DNA of 34,111 nt from Basidiobolus ranarum (lineage: Eukaryota). The notes beneath the pieces are model-generated. The model ran no database searches. It had not been told where the DNA came from and saw only the letters and a list, made by a program, of their open reading frames with translations. This document shows positions 9,965 through 22,029 of the stretch, one piece after another. Each line of letters starts with the position of its first letter. Within the stretch, counting starts at the first letter, position 1. The stretch is from positions 1 through 34,111 of the forward strand of contig JASJQH010000068.1 of the NCBI GenBank assembly GCA_040143965.1. The letters run 5' to 3'. A program made the translations under genes and the position numbers.

Positions 9965-10858
9965 ATGTTGTCTTCTATTTCTTTAGTTCGTTATGGTCGA
10001 GTTGGAGTTGGTCAGTTGCCTAGTCGTTTAAGAACTACTCGGACTATGTCTAGTTTAGTCTTGAGAGAGACGGATTCCGAGGGTATTGTTACTCTTAAAC
10101 TCAAGGAGCCACCAGTGAATGCTTTAACTCGTCCTCTATTAACCGAAATTACCCAAAGTCTTCACGAAGTGGGGTTAAAGGCTGACCCAACTGAGTCTTC
10201 TTCAGTAAAAGGGCTGGTTTTAACTTCTAACTTAAACCATCAGTTTAGCGCAGGTCTGGACTTACGAGAACTTCACCGTCCAAACCCTAGTGATTTAACC
10301 GACTATTTACGACTATTTATAAAGACACTAAGAGTTCTTACTGCTTTACCACTACCCACTGCTGCAGTGTATAATGGTCATGCCTTGGCTGGAGGAGCGG
10401 TATTCGGTTTGGCTTGTGAGAGAAGATTCCTTTATAGAGGACAACCTTCTAAAGCGCCAAAAGGGACTTCTTATTGGGTTGGACTTAACGAGGTTGCTAT
10501 TGGTATCTCCATTCCACCCTTTCTTCGAGAGTTATCCCATTTCGTAGTGAATTATCCGGAAGAATTTGATGTTTACTTAGATCAAGGTACCATATTTCAA
10601 CCAGACGATGCACTGAAAGTTGGATTGGTCGAGGAAATTCATGAAGATCTTCCAAAAAGTTTAATGGAGGCAAAGAAATGGTGTCTAACTGAAAGTAATT
10701 CCACCCCTTGGAAAGAACGTACTAAAGCTAAACTTGAGGCACGTGCTCGTTTACTAAAAACTCTCGATGATATCGATACTCAAGTAAATCATCTACAAGG
10801 CTCCGTATTGAAAGAAGACTTTCAAAAAATGTTGGATAAAAGATTCAAGAAAGCTTAG
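9965..10858 (+). CDS. Mitochondrial enoyl-CoA delta-isomerase (ECI1-like, crotonase superfamily)
   Basis: Arg/Ser-rich, acid-free N-terminal targeting peptide; PPVNAL, FSAGLDLREL, NGHALAGG and VGLNE (catalytic Glu position of monofunctional ECI1). First ATG at 9965; intronless. Confidence 0.85.
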   Translation: MLSSISLVRYGRVGVGQLPSRLRTTRTMSSLVLRETDSEGIVTLKLKEPPVNALTRPLLTEITQSLHEVGLKADPTESSSVKGLVLTSNLNHQFSAGLDLRELHRPNPSDLTDYLRLFIKTLRVLTALPLPTAAVYNGHALAGGAVFGLACERRFLYRGQPSKAPKGTSYWVGLNEVAIGISIPPFLRELSHFVVNYPEEFDVYLDQGTIFQPDDALKVGLVEEIHEDLPKSLMEAKKWCLTESNSTPWKERTKAKLEARARLLKTLDDIDTQVNHLQGSVLKEDFQKMLDKRFKKA

Positions 10859-11071
10859 CTACTTGGCCTACATATAGTAATAAATATCAGCATCACGTTG
10901 AGACAGCTGGGAAATCATAGAACTGATGGCATACTGCTAGTATAGTCAACAACAGTGTTTAGTAAAGATCAAAATGGTTTGTAAATAGGTGTAGAGATAC
11001 AGAGAGGTGTCAAAGAATATCCATGGAGACAAAAAGAGATATACATGATACGCGATGGAAATTTCAATTCC

Positions 11072-12518
11072 TCAAAAAGATAGCTGTTTAAGATTCTGTG
11101 ACAATATAATGTCGTTAACGGAGGCCATGATATGTCTGATTTGCGTTGTATCAGTAGCATATGTGAGATGGGTGTAGATCACCTTTTCTTCGGATCGATT
11201 TAAGCTCTCAAATCGAGTCTTGAAATAGGAACTAGTTAGGTTGAAGTCATGACTTGGCCCTAAACAACAGATAAGTACAGAGTGAGGTTGAGTGTAGAGA
11301 CTGACACAAATTTACCTTTGTAGTCGGGGAAGTAAGTTGACACTGGACTGTGCTTAATTTTGTCTCGGAACAAGTCGATCTTGTTTAAGAATAAGATCAC
11401 TGAAGTGCTCCCAAACCAGTAAGAGTTACAAATGGAATCAAACAACATGAGTGCCTCATGCATGCGGTTCTGATTTGAGAATGTTAGTATTGGATAGATT
11501 GAGTGTAGTGTGGTATATGACTTACTGTGTCGCGATCCTCGGTTAATGTTTGATCATATCCGCTGATAGCTACCAAGAAGAGCAATGCAGTAACATCCTC
11601 AAAGCAGTGGATCCATTTCTTGCGCTCAGAACGCTGCCCACCCACATCCACCATTCTGTAAATAAACTGTTAGTGACCAACCAGGTAAACATTGAAGGAC
11701 AATGCTCCAAACATACCGATAAGTCAAAGGGTCCATATCAAACACCGTCTCAGTGATGCCGGTGGTTTTGATTCTTGTGTATAGAATATCTTGATCGGTA
11801 GGTTTGTAATTTAACTCAGACAATCGATCCAGCGATTCGAAAAAGCTATGATTCTAAAAGTCAGCCAAGTTCATGTTTGAGGCTCTATGGTTGTGAATAG
11901 AGCCACTTACTAAATAGCGTTGTCGTCAAGTTGGTAGAGATTAGATTTTTGGTAACAAATTTGGGTTCCTTCATCTTGCCAAATAGCTGTAACTGCTTGA
12001 AGATACTCTTTTGGATAAGGATCACCATGGTTTAAATCAGGGATATCATCGAATAATGAGACGTATTTCTAATATGTTCAAACCGGGTCAATGAATTGAA
12101 GAAAAATCTCCTTCTCCCCTCATAAAGAGTATGGAACTTACGATATTGTCTTGGTTGTTTAAAGAGATACCCAACACCTCCATTCCATAGAGGAGATCCC
12201 TTATAGACTGAGTTGTATTGCGAAAGATAACTATTCTATATGATTCACGCTCCAGGTCCGTAAAGCCACGATTGTGTATTAAACGCATTTGTTTCAAAAT
12301 GGTAGATTTACCTGACTCTCCAGCACCTAAGAAAAAAAAACCATAATGAGGGTAAAATAATTTACTCCATTCCAAACCATTTGTTGTCTCTACTTACCAA
12401 GTAATAATATCTTTACTTCATTTTTGGCTTTCTTTGCCTCAGCTTTAATTTGCTTCTCGATTAGTTTGCTCTTTTGCAACTCAGCAGAGGGTTGTGGAGC
12501 AACAAAGCAATTGCCCAT
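11072..12518 (-). CDS. Heterotrimeric G protein alpha subunit (fungal group II-like), 7 exons
   Basis: Exons 12518-12398, 12326-12142, 12068-11911, 11845-11717, 11655-11526, 11469-11316, 11259-11072, all GT-AG and in frame. Motifs [46 protein letters not shown]; ends LKQLSF. Confidence 0.95.
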
Positions 12519-14555
12519 TGTATAGTAAGGTGAGGTTGAGAAGTGTAATAAGTAATTTTTACCCAGTGAAAAGGAAAAGGAAATAGTCACAGCTAAGAAA
12601 TCACAAAAGAAGTGAAATTCGGGGGATAAAATCAATGAAAGAGTCCAAGAAGCATGAAATGAAATTTAGTTTCAACTTGGTCTTGATTATCGGTTACTGT
12701 CACTCCTATGACAAATAGAAGAGAACTCGGGAAAATTGGGCATCTTTTATTGTTAATCCGCCATCGATTGGTTTCCAAACGGTTAATTAAGTAGTACAAA
12801 CAACACACTCATTAAATGCCAGTAAATACTCATATCGATCGTGGTCCATAAAAGATCAACCAGAGCATTCAAACGGGATTGTCGTGAGAAATTCAAGCAA
12901 ATCAATGCTCCCTCTAAGCTCCCTACTACTACAGACTGGATAACCCAGGCTTGTGCGACATTCTCCACTCTACTTTCATATGACTTCTGGGTAGACTTGA
13001 GGATGTCCACGAACCTCTTACTCCCTATACCAAACCAGCAACAATCAACCCAAGAGTAAAAGAAATATTACAAATCATCTCCAATAATTGCCAAGACAGT
13101 ATAAATGTACTGTTAACGATTCCCAGATTGAAACCCGTAGTAAGGGATGAGATATGTAGAGTGTGGCAAACTTGCTTAGGTCTGTTCGTAACACGACCTC
13201 AACTGGATTGGATCTACCGCAACATTTTCTATTGATCCTCCCGTAGCTACCCCAAAAACATCCAAGTATTCGAGGTGAAGTTACTTTGGGGGCAGGCATC
13301 ATCTAGCTCCAAATTCTAATACCATGATACTATCAGTAACGTGAGCAATACCAGTTTGACGCCAACTTGTACTAGTGAATTATCTCTTTAACTTTTTTTG
13401 GTAATCCACTTCGAAATCATCGCTAATTTGAATTTTATAGGCAAACGCCATGATTATTAGTGCAACAATGTTTTAACCAATTGTGAACCTTAACTTGACA
13501 TGTCCGAGATATTGTAGCGTGTATCCGGATACCAAACCAGTTCAATTAACTCGTTGACCCTCGGTCTGATCGAGATCAATAAACGGGCTAGCATAATCAG
13601 AACTCACTTCAAATATGATGTCATATGAGCTATATACATATGAGCTTTTCATGCACTATTCACTCTACTAGAGGAACATCAACGACCTGGTGAGAAATTG
13701 AATACAGTAGTTTGTAGTTATATTGAGAAAATATTGTTTCCTTCAATATGGTACACCGCAGAATTACCAAGACAACGTAACCTACGCTTTATCATGCAAG
13801 ACGAGTTTTTCGGCCCGTTTGATTCACACCAATAACCAGTTCTTCGAAGTACCTGATAAACCCACTCAGAATAGTCAATGGTGGATTTCTCGCCCTACAT
13901 AGACCCTTACTAAGTATTGATGATGTCGGTTTTTGAAAGCGAGATGTATTTTATGTAAGAATAATACCGTGGATTTTTCACCGTTATGAAATATATCTTT
14001 TCTCTCTTCCTAAAACAAAATCCCTTCTTCTGGTTTCGGATACGTTTCCCGAGGTGTCACCTCAGGTATTGGAGACCAACTCCTCTATAAATCCTATGGA
14101 TGGCTCCTTGAGTGGAACCAAGCCATTTTTTCTGGAAATTTTTGAGGATATTTAACGTCAGTATCCTAAGCCAGATCTACGCTTACTTCAACTTAGCCAA
14201 AGGCTTAGGGAAAATAACTGCCTCAAGGTAAAATCTCTTCAGTTGCATCGACCATCATTGTTCATAGGTAAGTTGTACCATATTAATCAAGTATTTTCTA
14301 CATTCCATTAAAGTACCACTCTCTTCTATCTACTTCATTTGGGGCTTAGATTATTCCCATGACAGAGTCCATGGTTACACCAATGATATTTATATTGAAT
14401 TAATATACTTGCCACGGACATGGAAAAGAACAAGTCGGGTCCATGGTTATCATATATGAAGCCATCAAACGAGTTATACCCAGAATTTATTTACAATGAA
14501 AGAAAGGGTAGAGAAGAGAAGAACAGGGAAGGGAAGGGAAAGGATGGGAAGGTGA

Positions 14556-16562
14556 TCAATATGTTGAGATGATGGCCACACCAACTGCCAAGATAATAGT
14601 CGTAGAGAATAAAGAATATTTCAACCAAACTCTAGAGCTGTCAAATCGAGTACGAATCCCTTCTACTGTGCTGATTTTGATGGTTTCCTGGATTGAGAAA
14701 TGCATTAGTACATGTATATATAAATGGTACATCATCAAGAGATGTACTTACGTTCATAGCCAAGCCAACTGCGCTTCCGGTAGGTAGCAAATTGCTGGTG
14801 ATGGCTATACACCATACCAATAGCCAAACCAGTTTCTGATCTGATATCTCGATGGTCACATTCCCCAGCAATGGCAATAATATAAGTAGAGTTGGAACTG
14901 AACTCAGGACAACATTGAATAGTGACACCAAGGCTGCAAAGCAAGACAGTAAGATGATTGGGTTATCACATGAGCTCAACTTGCTATACGTGAACTGCCA
15001 AGCTTGACTTAAGATCGGTGTCTCCTCAATCCCTCGAATCATGATAAACAGCCCGAAATAATATGCAATAGTTGGAAAGTCCAAGTCAGCAAATAATTCG
15101 TGGTGCCCATTTGTATCCTCCACCAATGCGATAATTAATGCCACTACCAACGCAGTCCAGCCAACATGGTTCTCCAGTGCGATTCCGGTGTACATGAATA
15201 TAATGGCGCAGACAAAAATGATGTTGCAGCAATGGGTTTTACAGAATTCAAAGAATCCAATAATCGTCTTGTCGAAAAAGAGCCCATGCTTCTTACGAGT
15301 AGGCGAGCACTTTGCCGATGATGAGGAGGAGCAATCACTTGATTGGAAACCGATGGGTGGGATTAGTAGTGTTGGTGGAAGGGGCGGGGGATTTCTAGCA
15401 CAAGGTATTGGTAACACCATAGATTGAGGATCTATTGGAGTGCTTGGTGGAGCGTTAACATCTTCATAAATAGAAATGCTCTCGGGGGAAGTGGACAAGA
15501 TATCGCAATAGATAGGAACCGGAGATCCCAACAATCTGGTGCTTTCATTGGCCTTGTTGTCGCTATCTAAGATGGTGATGGCTATTGGATCACTTGACTG
15601 AACATCAATACACTCATTTATATACAAGGTATTTCTATTTTGCGCTGCTTTTCCATATTCTTCTGCAATCTTATAAAATTCTGGGGAATTGATTGCTATG
15701 TGATTATACTCGGCATTGCAGCATGCATGTAATCTCGCAACTGGAAGTGATTTCCGATAGTATAATCCGAGAAATATTGCGTTGATGAATAGTCCAACGA
15801 TAGCAGGTATTGACATTCGTAAAAAGTACAAGCTGAAATCCAAGTCGGCAACCATCTCGTGAGCAAGCATACTGCTAATGTTACCGATAACACTTGCTGC
15901 CGAGCCGATATTACTAGAGGTAACCTTTAACATAAAGAATATTCACATTAGAATGTATTACCATACAACACGAAAAATTAAATCCACTTACAGCAGCAAT
16001 GGCAAAAGGCTCAATGTCCAAATTATAATCTTCACATAGAGTGATCACCACCGTACAAACATAAACGGCAGATATGTCGGTCATAAAAAAGAATCCCAAT
16101 AATCCGGATAAAAGGGAAAGTCGTAACATTAAGTTTAATGGAGTAGGGGCGCCTTTCAAAAGAAGCCGGCGAAAGTAATATACAAAGCCCTAGGAATTGA
16201 AGAGTAGTCGCGTGAGTTACTTTGGAATTGTCTAGATACCGCTAACTTCAAATGATAAATACCTTATCGTTAATCTTCGTCATAATGATCATAAAGGCCA
16301 TCAGAAGTAGAAGTGTACTTCCGTGCAAACTGCTGTAAGCTTCCTCTGGTGTTAATATATCTAATGCAACCATTGAGGCGCCTGAAATCAGCGCAACGAT
16401 TGACCGGTTTATATTTGCACCAGCCCTGGCTTTTGCAAAAAAGATCAAGCTTAGGACACAATTCAACACTACTATGTGTGTTTTATAAACAGTGTAGTTA
16501 TGGGGAGGTACTGGAACATTCATGGCTTCCACCAAACGCTCGTGTCCGTAATTGTAGGACAT
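14556..16562 (-). CDS. ArsB/NhaD (ion transporter superfamily) membrane protein, Lsi2 silicon-efflux-transporter-like, 4 exons
   Basis: Exons 16562-16263, 16189-15992, 15924-14752, 14687-14556. INRSIVALISGASMV..LTPEEAY, EPFAIAAVTSSNIGSAASVIGN, long central loop, SNLLPTGSAVGL, and C-terminal WLKYSLFSTTII parallel plant Lsi2 architecture. Start could instead be the ATG at 16523. Confidence 0.8.
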
Positions 16563-17705
16563 GAGGGACAAAGGAACGAGGGTGTTTCAAATGGTTGTTG
16601 TGAATTGTATTCTAAAGCAAAGTACAAACCTTTGCTACTAAAAAAGCCGTTGAGAAGTTGAATTGTTAAAAATCATAACAGGATCATTTAAGTAAAAAGA
16701 ATATATACGTTTAGCTCATCCCAATGTGGACCTTCCATTTTGAAGAAATCAAGGAATATTATGAAGAACCACGAGGATCATCACTACTCCGCGCGTAATA
16801 GACTGAGTAATAATATAAATAGTCAATCAACTAGTATATAAAATCTAATTAGGAAACACCAATCCTATTTCTACAGTCTAGATTGGGGAGTCTATAAGAA
16901 TAGTCCCTAAACCGTAAGTAAATAATTGCTTTTTGGAAAACCAAACTTTAGTGCCGAATTCCTTCCATTCCTCACGAATGTTCTGAACATTCAGTTTGGT
17001 TTGCGGATGGTCGGTTCCTATTCGGCGATGATGATAACACCGGATACAAGTAAACCCTAACCTCACCAGGTAAAGGATAAGGGTTAGGGTTTGCGTCATG
17101 TAATTTATCACTCGAACTTAATTGGAATTTAGGGTTAGCGTTGGACATAATGAATGAACTTGTAGCTTTTTGCTTCTTTTTGCTGTTAAGTTGAACGCTA
17201 GATTTTATACCTCATTTCCTCATTTGGCTGATAATAATACCAGTGATGTTGGTTAGTCTAGATAGCCATTCACCACACTATTCGAAGATGAGATTCATGG
17301 ATAACAGTCTAAATAGTAAGCTGAGCATAAAGTATACCCGAAATCTGCGTCTTAAAGAACAAACATCCGCTATCATATCAAGAGTGGATTCATTCGAAGG
17401 GTATCCGAAACCATTCCAAGAAACCAACGTACCAACAGTGATTCGTAGCGGATTTCATTTAAAGAGTCATCTCTCTCGATGAACTTCTGGGTCGAATGAA
17501 CATATTCACTATGTTGACGTAAGCCAACTAATGTACGTATGGATGTAAGTCACTTGCCAATAGCACCAGTCACACAATACCAGATTGGCGGTAAAAACAG
17601 GATCTTCAAAGACACAAGCTGAAGCATAGAGCAACCTTGATCCGGCATTTATGAAGTTTCCTTTAAATATATATAAAGAAATCACCTGCGTAATATGGAA
17701 TTCTT

Positions 17706-17856
17706 TGCTACCTCGGAAGATCACTTTGGGCAATTTTGTTCTCTGCTACCTCGGAAGATCACTTTGGGCAATCTTTGTTCTCTGCTACCTCGGAAGATCA
17801 CTTTGGGCAATCTTTGTTCTCTGCTACCTCGGAAGATCACTTTGGGCAATCTTTGT
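17706..17856. repeat. Minisatellite, ~3.9 near-perfect copies of a 39-bp unit (tgctacctcggaagatcactttgggcaatctttgttctc)
   Basis: Units start at 17706, 17744, 17783 and 17822; the first is 38 bp; no spacers. Confidence 0.95.
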
Positions 17857-18609
17857 ATGTACATCACGTTACTATGGATGAACTATACCTCGTATCACTA
17901 CCTTGTTGCTGGTGACTACTCTAGATACACCTCCTAAATTCCACCTCAGCTATGTCATACCAAACCGATCCACTTCAGCCCTCCGATAAGTATCTAGTGC
18001 AAAATTTTAAAAAGAAATTCCAGCGTAGAATATACAACATTACCTCTCCTTATCAAATCTTATTAAGAAGAAATAGTTCTGTACCAATAATTCGGAAGAT
18101 ATTCTTCAAAATCATTCATTTATGAAATATCTAATGAAGTCCAATTTTATATCTATAGCGCTTCGAGCTGATTTCAAGCGTGGAAAGAAACCACCCACAT
18201 GTTGGTAACATACCTAAAAGTGGAGTATAAGAAACGTCGATTGGAAAATATGTAGTTTAAGTCACGGTAAGCACATCTATCGATATACGATTAAGTCGTA
18301 TGCCTAAATGACATCTCTGGTAGGGAAGGGACTCGTTTACTTGAGATAATGAACCAACCGATTACTTAGTATCTAATTTTATAGTAAAACATACTTTTAA
18401 AGCTTCGCTCAACAATTATAAAAAATACCAGCAAACTTGAGTAGAATTCTTCGAACATTTATTGTTCTGTGTGGATATCAAGAATTTTTAACATAAGGTG
18501 AAAACATCCCAAGATATTACTTTACCTAAGAAGCGTTCTTGTATTGCGACACTCTGGAAGAACGCACCAAAGTATTTGTATTTGTTAGACATTCTCTTTC
18601 GTGATTGTT

Positions 18610-19736
18610 CTAAATAGGAATTAACAATGGACTTTGTGGTTCATCGTTATCATATTTAGGAAGTTGTTTTGGGACTTTAGCGGTGATATACTCCACTTCT
18701 CTTTTTAATTCGTCACAGAAATCATCCAAGGGCAGGTCGTTCAAGTCACGGCCAAATGGATTCTCAATTTCTGCTCCAATCCCATCAATACCGAACAAAG
18801 TAAAAGCAACAATACCAACAACAGAGATGGTCTTCCAATGCAATTCCTTAATCAAGGTAAATGGGAGTGCACTGCAGTAAACGTAAAGACACTGTTTCAA
18901 ATGGATATTATAAGCCAAGGGAATCGGTGTACGAAGAATTCTCTCTAAACTACCAAAACAATCGACCATAGTGGAAAGCGAATTACTAATGACGGTATTC
19001 TGGGCACCCTCGATTTTCTTGGATTTCAGCTGCTTTTGAACATACATACTAAGGTAGAAAGCGATTTCCAAAGGTAAATTGATTCCCGTTTCAGAGTCAA
19101 TATCTACCGAGGAGCGATGACTTGAGAGATTATTGGTAGCATAAGTGTTTTTGTAATGAAGTCTAGCGGTGAATTGAAGTTCGGGAGGTAAAAGTTGCTC
19201 TAGTTCAAGGTGTGGTGTGTCGTTCTCCCCTCGTAGATGATACTTTGTCGCTATTGCGAAAGCTAAAAGTAACTTGATAGCATTGTCTTTCTCTACCCGA
19301 TCGATATTGTCCTCTTCAACTACCTGTATCCAAAACTGTCGACTCACATTACGAATGGAAGTGCGTAAGGTGGTCCATAAACGTCTACCTTCATAATAAC
19401 GATCGTAAGCAGTATTGGTTCTGAATACCAATAGAAGACCTACGACTACCGCAAGAGAGGGGACTAATGGTATAACGTGTAAGCTTATGATACATATAGT
19501 CACTTGATAAATTTTCAAGTCGGGTATTTGAGCTACTAACCGATGGAATTAGGAAGAGCAATCTGGGCGCCTTTAATTTCATATAAATAGACTATCAACG
19601 AAGTGAATGCGGTAGTAACTACAAAATGAGGGAAAATAGTTGGAATCACTGAGCCTCTAAATCTAAAAGCATCTGGATAACTAAAGTACCCTTTGAAAGG
19701 GGATGTTTTGATATTTAAGGGAGCCATCACTAGCAT
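18610..19736 (-). CDS. Bestrophin-family anion channel (UPF0187/YneE/VCCN-like), 2 exons
   Basis: Exons 19736 (or 19727)-19541 and 19463-18610. Motifs FRGSVIP, GLLLVFRTNTAYDRYYEGRRLW, LERILRTPIPLAYNIH and IGAEIENPFGRDLNDLPLD. Confidence 0.92.
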
Positions 19737-20479
19737 TCACGAATAGTTCCAAACACACTCTTATATGGTAAAAGTTTGCAGGAAGTTGAAAGTCTACATG
19801 AATCATCATAAGAAATTGGATTGGTGAGGTTTTCGGGCAGGTTACATTATCTTGGAATGGTATGTGTGAAACATTGGTAAGATTGGTGAACACGAAAAAC
19901 TGGCTTCTTCAAATAGGAATTGTAGCCTCTCAGACTACTTCTTTCATGCAAAGATCGCTTTACTTGTTAAGTTTAGGTCAAGTCTTCAATGTGGATAAAT
20001 CATCAAATATGCCACATGATAAGCCTAATCCGTTATCTAATTTGCTTTGTCCCTCTCATCATGCTGTTTGTACCTGTCATGAACGTAGAAATAGTTAGCA
20101 TCTAAAAAAGACGTCAACACAATTGATATTAGACGTTCACTTTATGACGGTTAGTGCAATCACGAAACTAGCCATAAAGTATAGATACTTTTCCTTATCC
20201 ATCAGGATTAAACATCAACAAATATTTATTATGTGCAAATGTTCAAACGAATCGATTTGTCGCAAAAGCCCTAAAACTGTAAACCCAAATGAATGTTCAC
20301 ATCGAGGGAAGTCAGAAAACCAGGTGACAACGTAAAACAAGAAAGCCAGCAAATTCTCCTCTAAATTTATCTACATTTGAATGAACTGTTGAATGCTGGT
20401 AAGAGAGTAACATAGGGTAGGCTTTTTTCAAAACGGGGAAAGGGATAAACGAACAAATGGAAAGAATAAAGTGTAGTGA

Positions 20480-21560
20480 TTATTTCCGGCCAATGGCTTC
20501 AATAAGGGAACTCATTAATTCACTTTGTATCTCTAAAAGTCTCTTGGATTCGGCCTCTTTAGCACAATATCTTTCTTCACGTAATCTCTCTTTCTCCTCT
20601 TGGGAATTTTGGTACGCAACAAAGCGCTTCTCACGATACTGTTGCGACATTTCTCGGCGTCTAGCTTCTCTCTCATCTTTAGTAATCAAATGCTGTAGTA
20701 AATTTTGAATCTCTTCAACAAATTTGCGTTTTTTGCCGTCATCAGAGCCAAACTCATCGTCTGATTCTGTCATGTCAGAGTCCCTATCGTGTCTGAGCCA
20801 ATTGGACCCACCATGGCCTGACTCATATGCGCGTAACGAATTTAGAGACCTGGAAGGAGAATCAGTACGCTCATCATCTAGACCGGAGAAATTTCCAGAT
20901 AAAAGAAGCTTCATATCGGCAAAGTAATCAAAGTTTGCCACCGCTTCTGGATCTTCAGCATTATTAACAAAGCATTGCTACATCACAACGAAAATTCTTT
21001 CAAGGTTAATACAGTACGTTCCAATCGTTTGCAATAAATAACCCAACTTCTCAAACCTTATATTTGGCCATAAGTACTCTAACTCGACTTTTACACATAG
21101 TGGCCGTACGGTTGAAACCGGATTGTTGTAGTTCCCCCGCCACTTTCTCCCATACTGACATGTTTCTTTTATGCTTTTTAAGTCTAGGATAATACTTCTT
21201 CCATTTTTCAATAAGTAACTGTGTCTCACGGTGTTGCCAATTTTCCGAACGTTCTCGTTTTAATGAAGAACGTTCCTGGTCCAACGAACCAGGTGTGGAG
21301 ACAGGATCTCTAAATTTATCTACTCTATTAGAGATGGGTGTGGCAAACTTTGCAAGTTGGTTTATACCCGTTTCAGGTAGTGGTGAGGGTGGTAAGTGAG
21401 TTTCGTAGGTTTCCTGGTCTCCTCTAGAAAGTAACCTCCCTTCGGTATCAAAAGGAAGAGAAGTATGAACATGCTCCATATGCGTGTCACCCAAAGTAGG
21501 TTGGATTGCAGATACTACAGTACCGTAAAGTTCATAGTTTTCAGGGTTTTGTGTTGACAT
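20480..21560 (-). CDS. Trihelix/Myb-SANT-like DNA-binding protein with C-terminal coiled coil, 2 exons
   Basis: Exons 21560-21057 and 20977-20480. WQHRETQLLI...VWEKVAGEL...RTATMCKSR...KYK and FDYFADMKLLL match the Myb_DNA-bind_4 pattern; charged coiled-coil tail. Confidence 0.82.
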
Positions 21561-22029
21561 AACCACTATTATAGTAAACTGTTCAATATAAATCTATATA
21601 AATTAGGGGAAGGTGGAAATTTTCTAGACTACCCTTTTATCAAAGAGGGTCAAGGTGGAATTTTTCGTTTAAAATAATCGTGATGCTTATGGATCCCAGA
21701 ACAAATAAAAAATGGGATTTAGGAAAAAAAAAGGCTCCTATACCGAAGATTGGGCAACATTTGATCCAACCAAATGTTGATTAGTTTTGAAAAATGGTGT
21801 CTAGTGATCTTAGGGGTCTTTGCTATTCGTGAGATGTGAACTCTATTGCATGCGATATGGCAAATGGCCAATTCTATCATATCCAAGGTGATTCCTATTA
21901 TCTAGTACTGACATTTGACATATAACTCGCAGATATTTTTACATTTAGTCATTGAAGTTGTCAACTAGCGGTTATTTATATTCATTACAGATGTGTGAAG
22001 TGCCATGTAACGTGTCCCTTCCTTCAACT

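Noticed and set aside
12783-14260. Short ORFs and coding-looking fragments between the first G-alpha and the transporter
   Set aside because: Interrupted by stops and no family could be recognised; a tBLASTx search could still reveal a relic.
17706-17856. CRISPR-like repeat array
   Set aside because: Units are contiguous with no unique spacers, there are no cas genes, and the context is eukaryotic.
20480-21560. Myb/SANT gene as part of a PIF/Harbinger transposon
   Set aside because: No adjacent DDE transposase or TIRs seen; treated as a host transcription factor.
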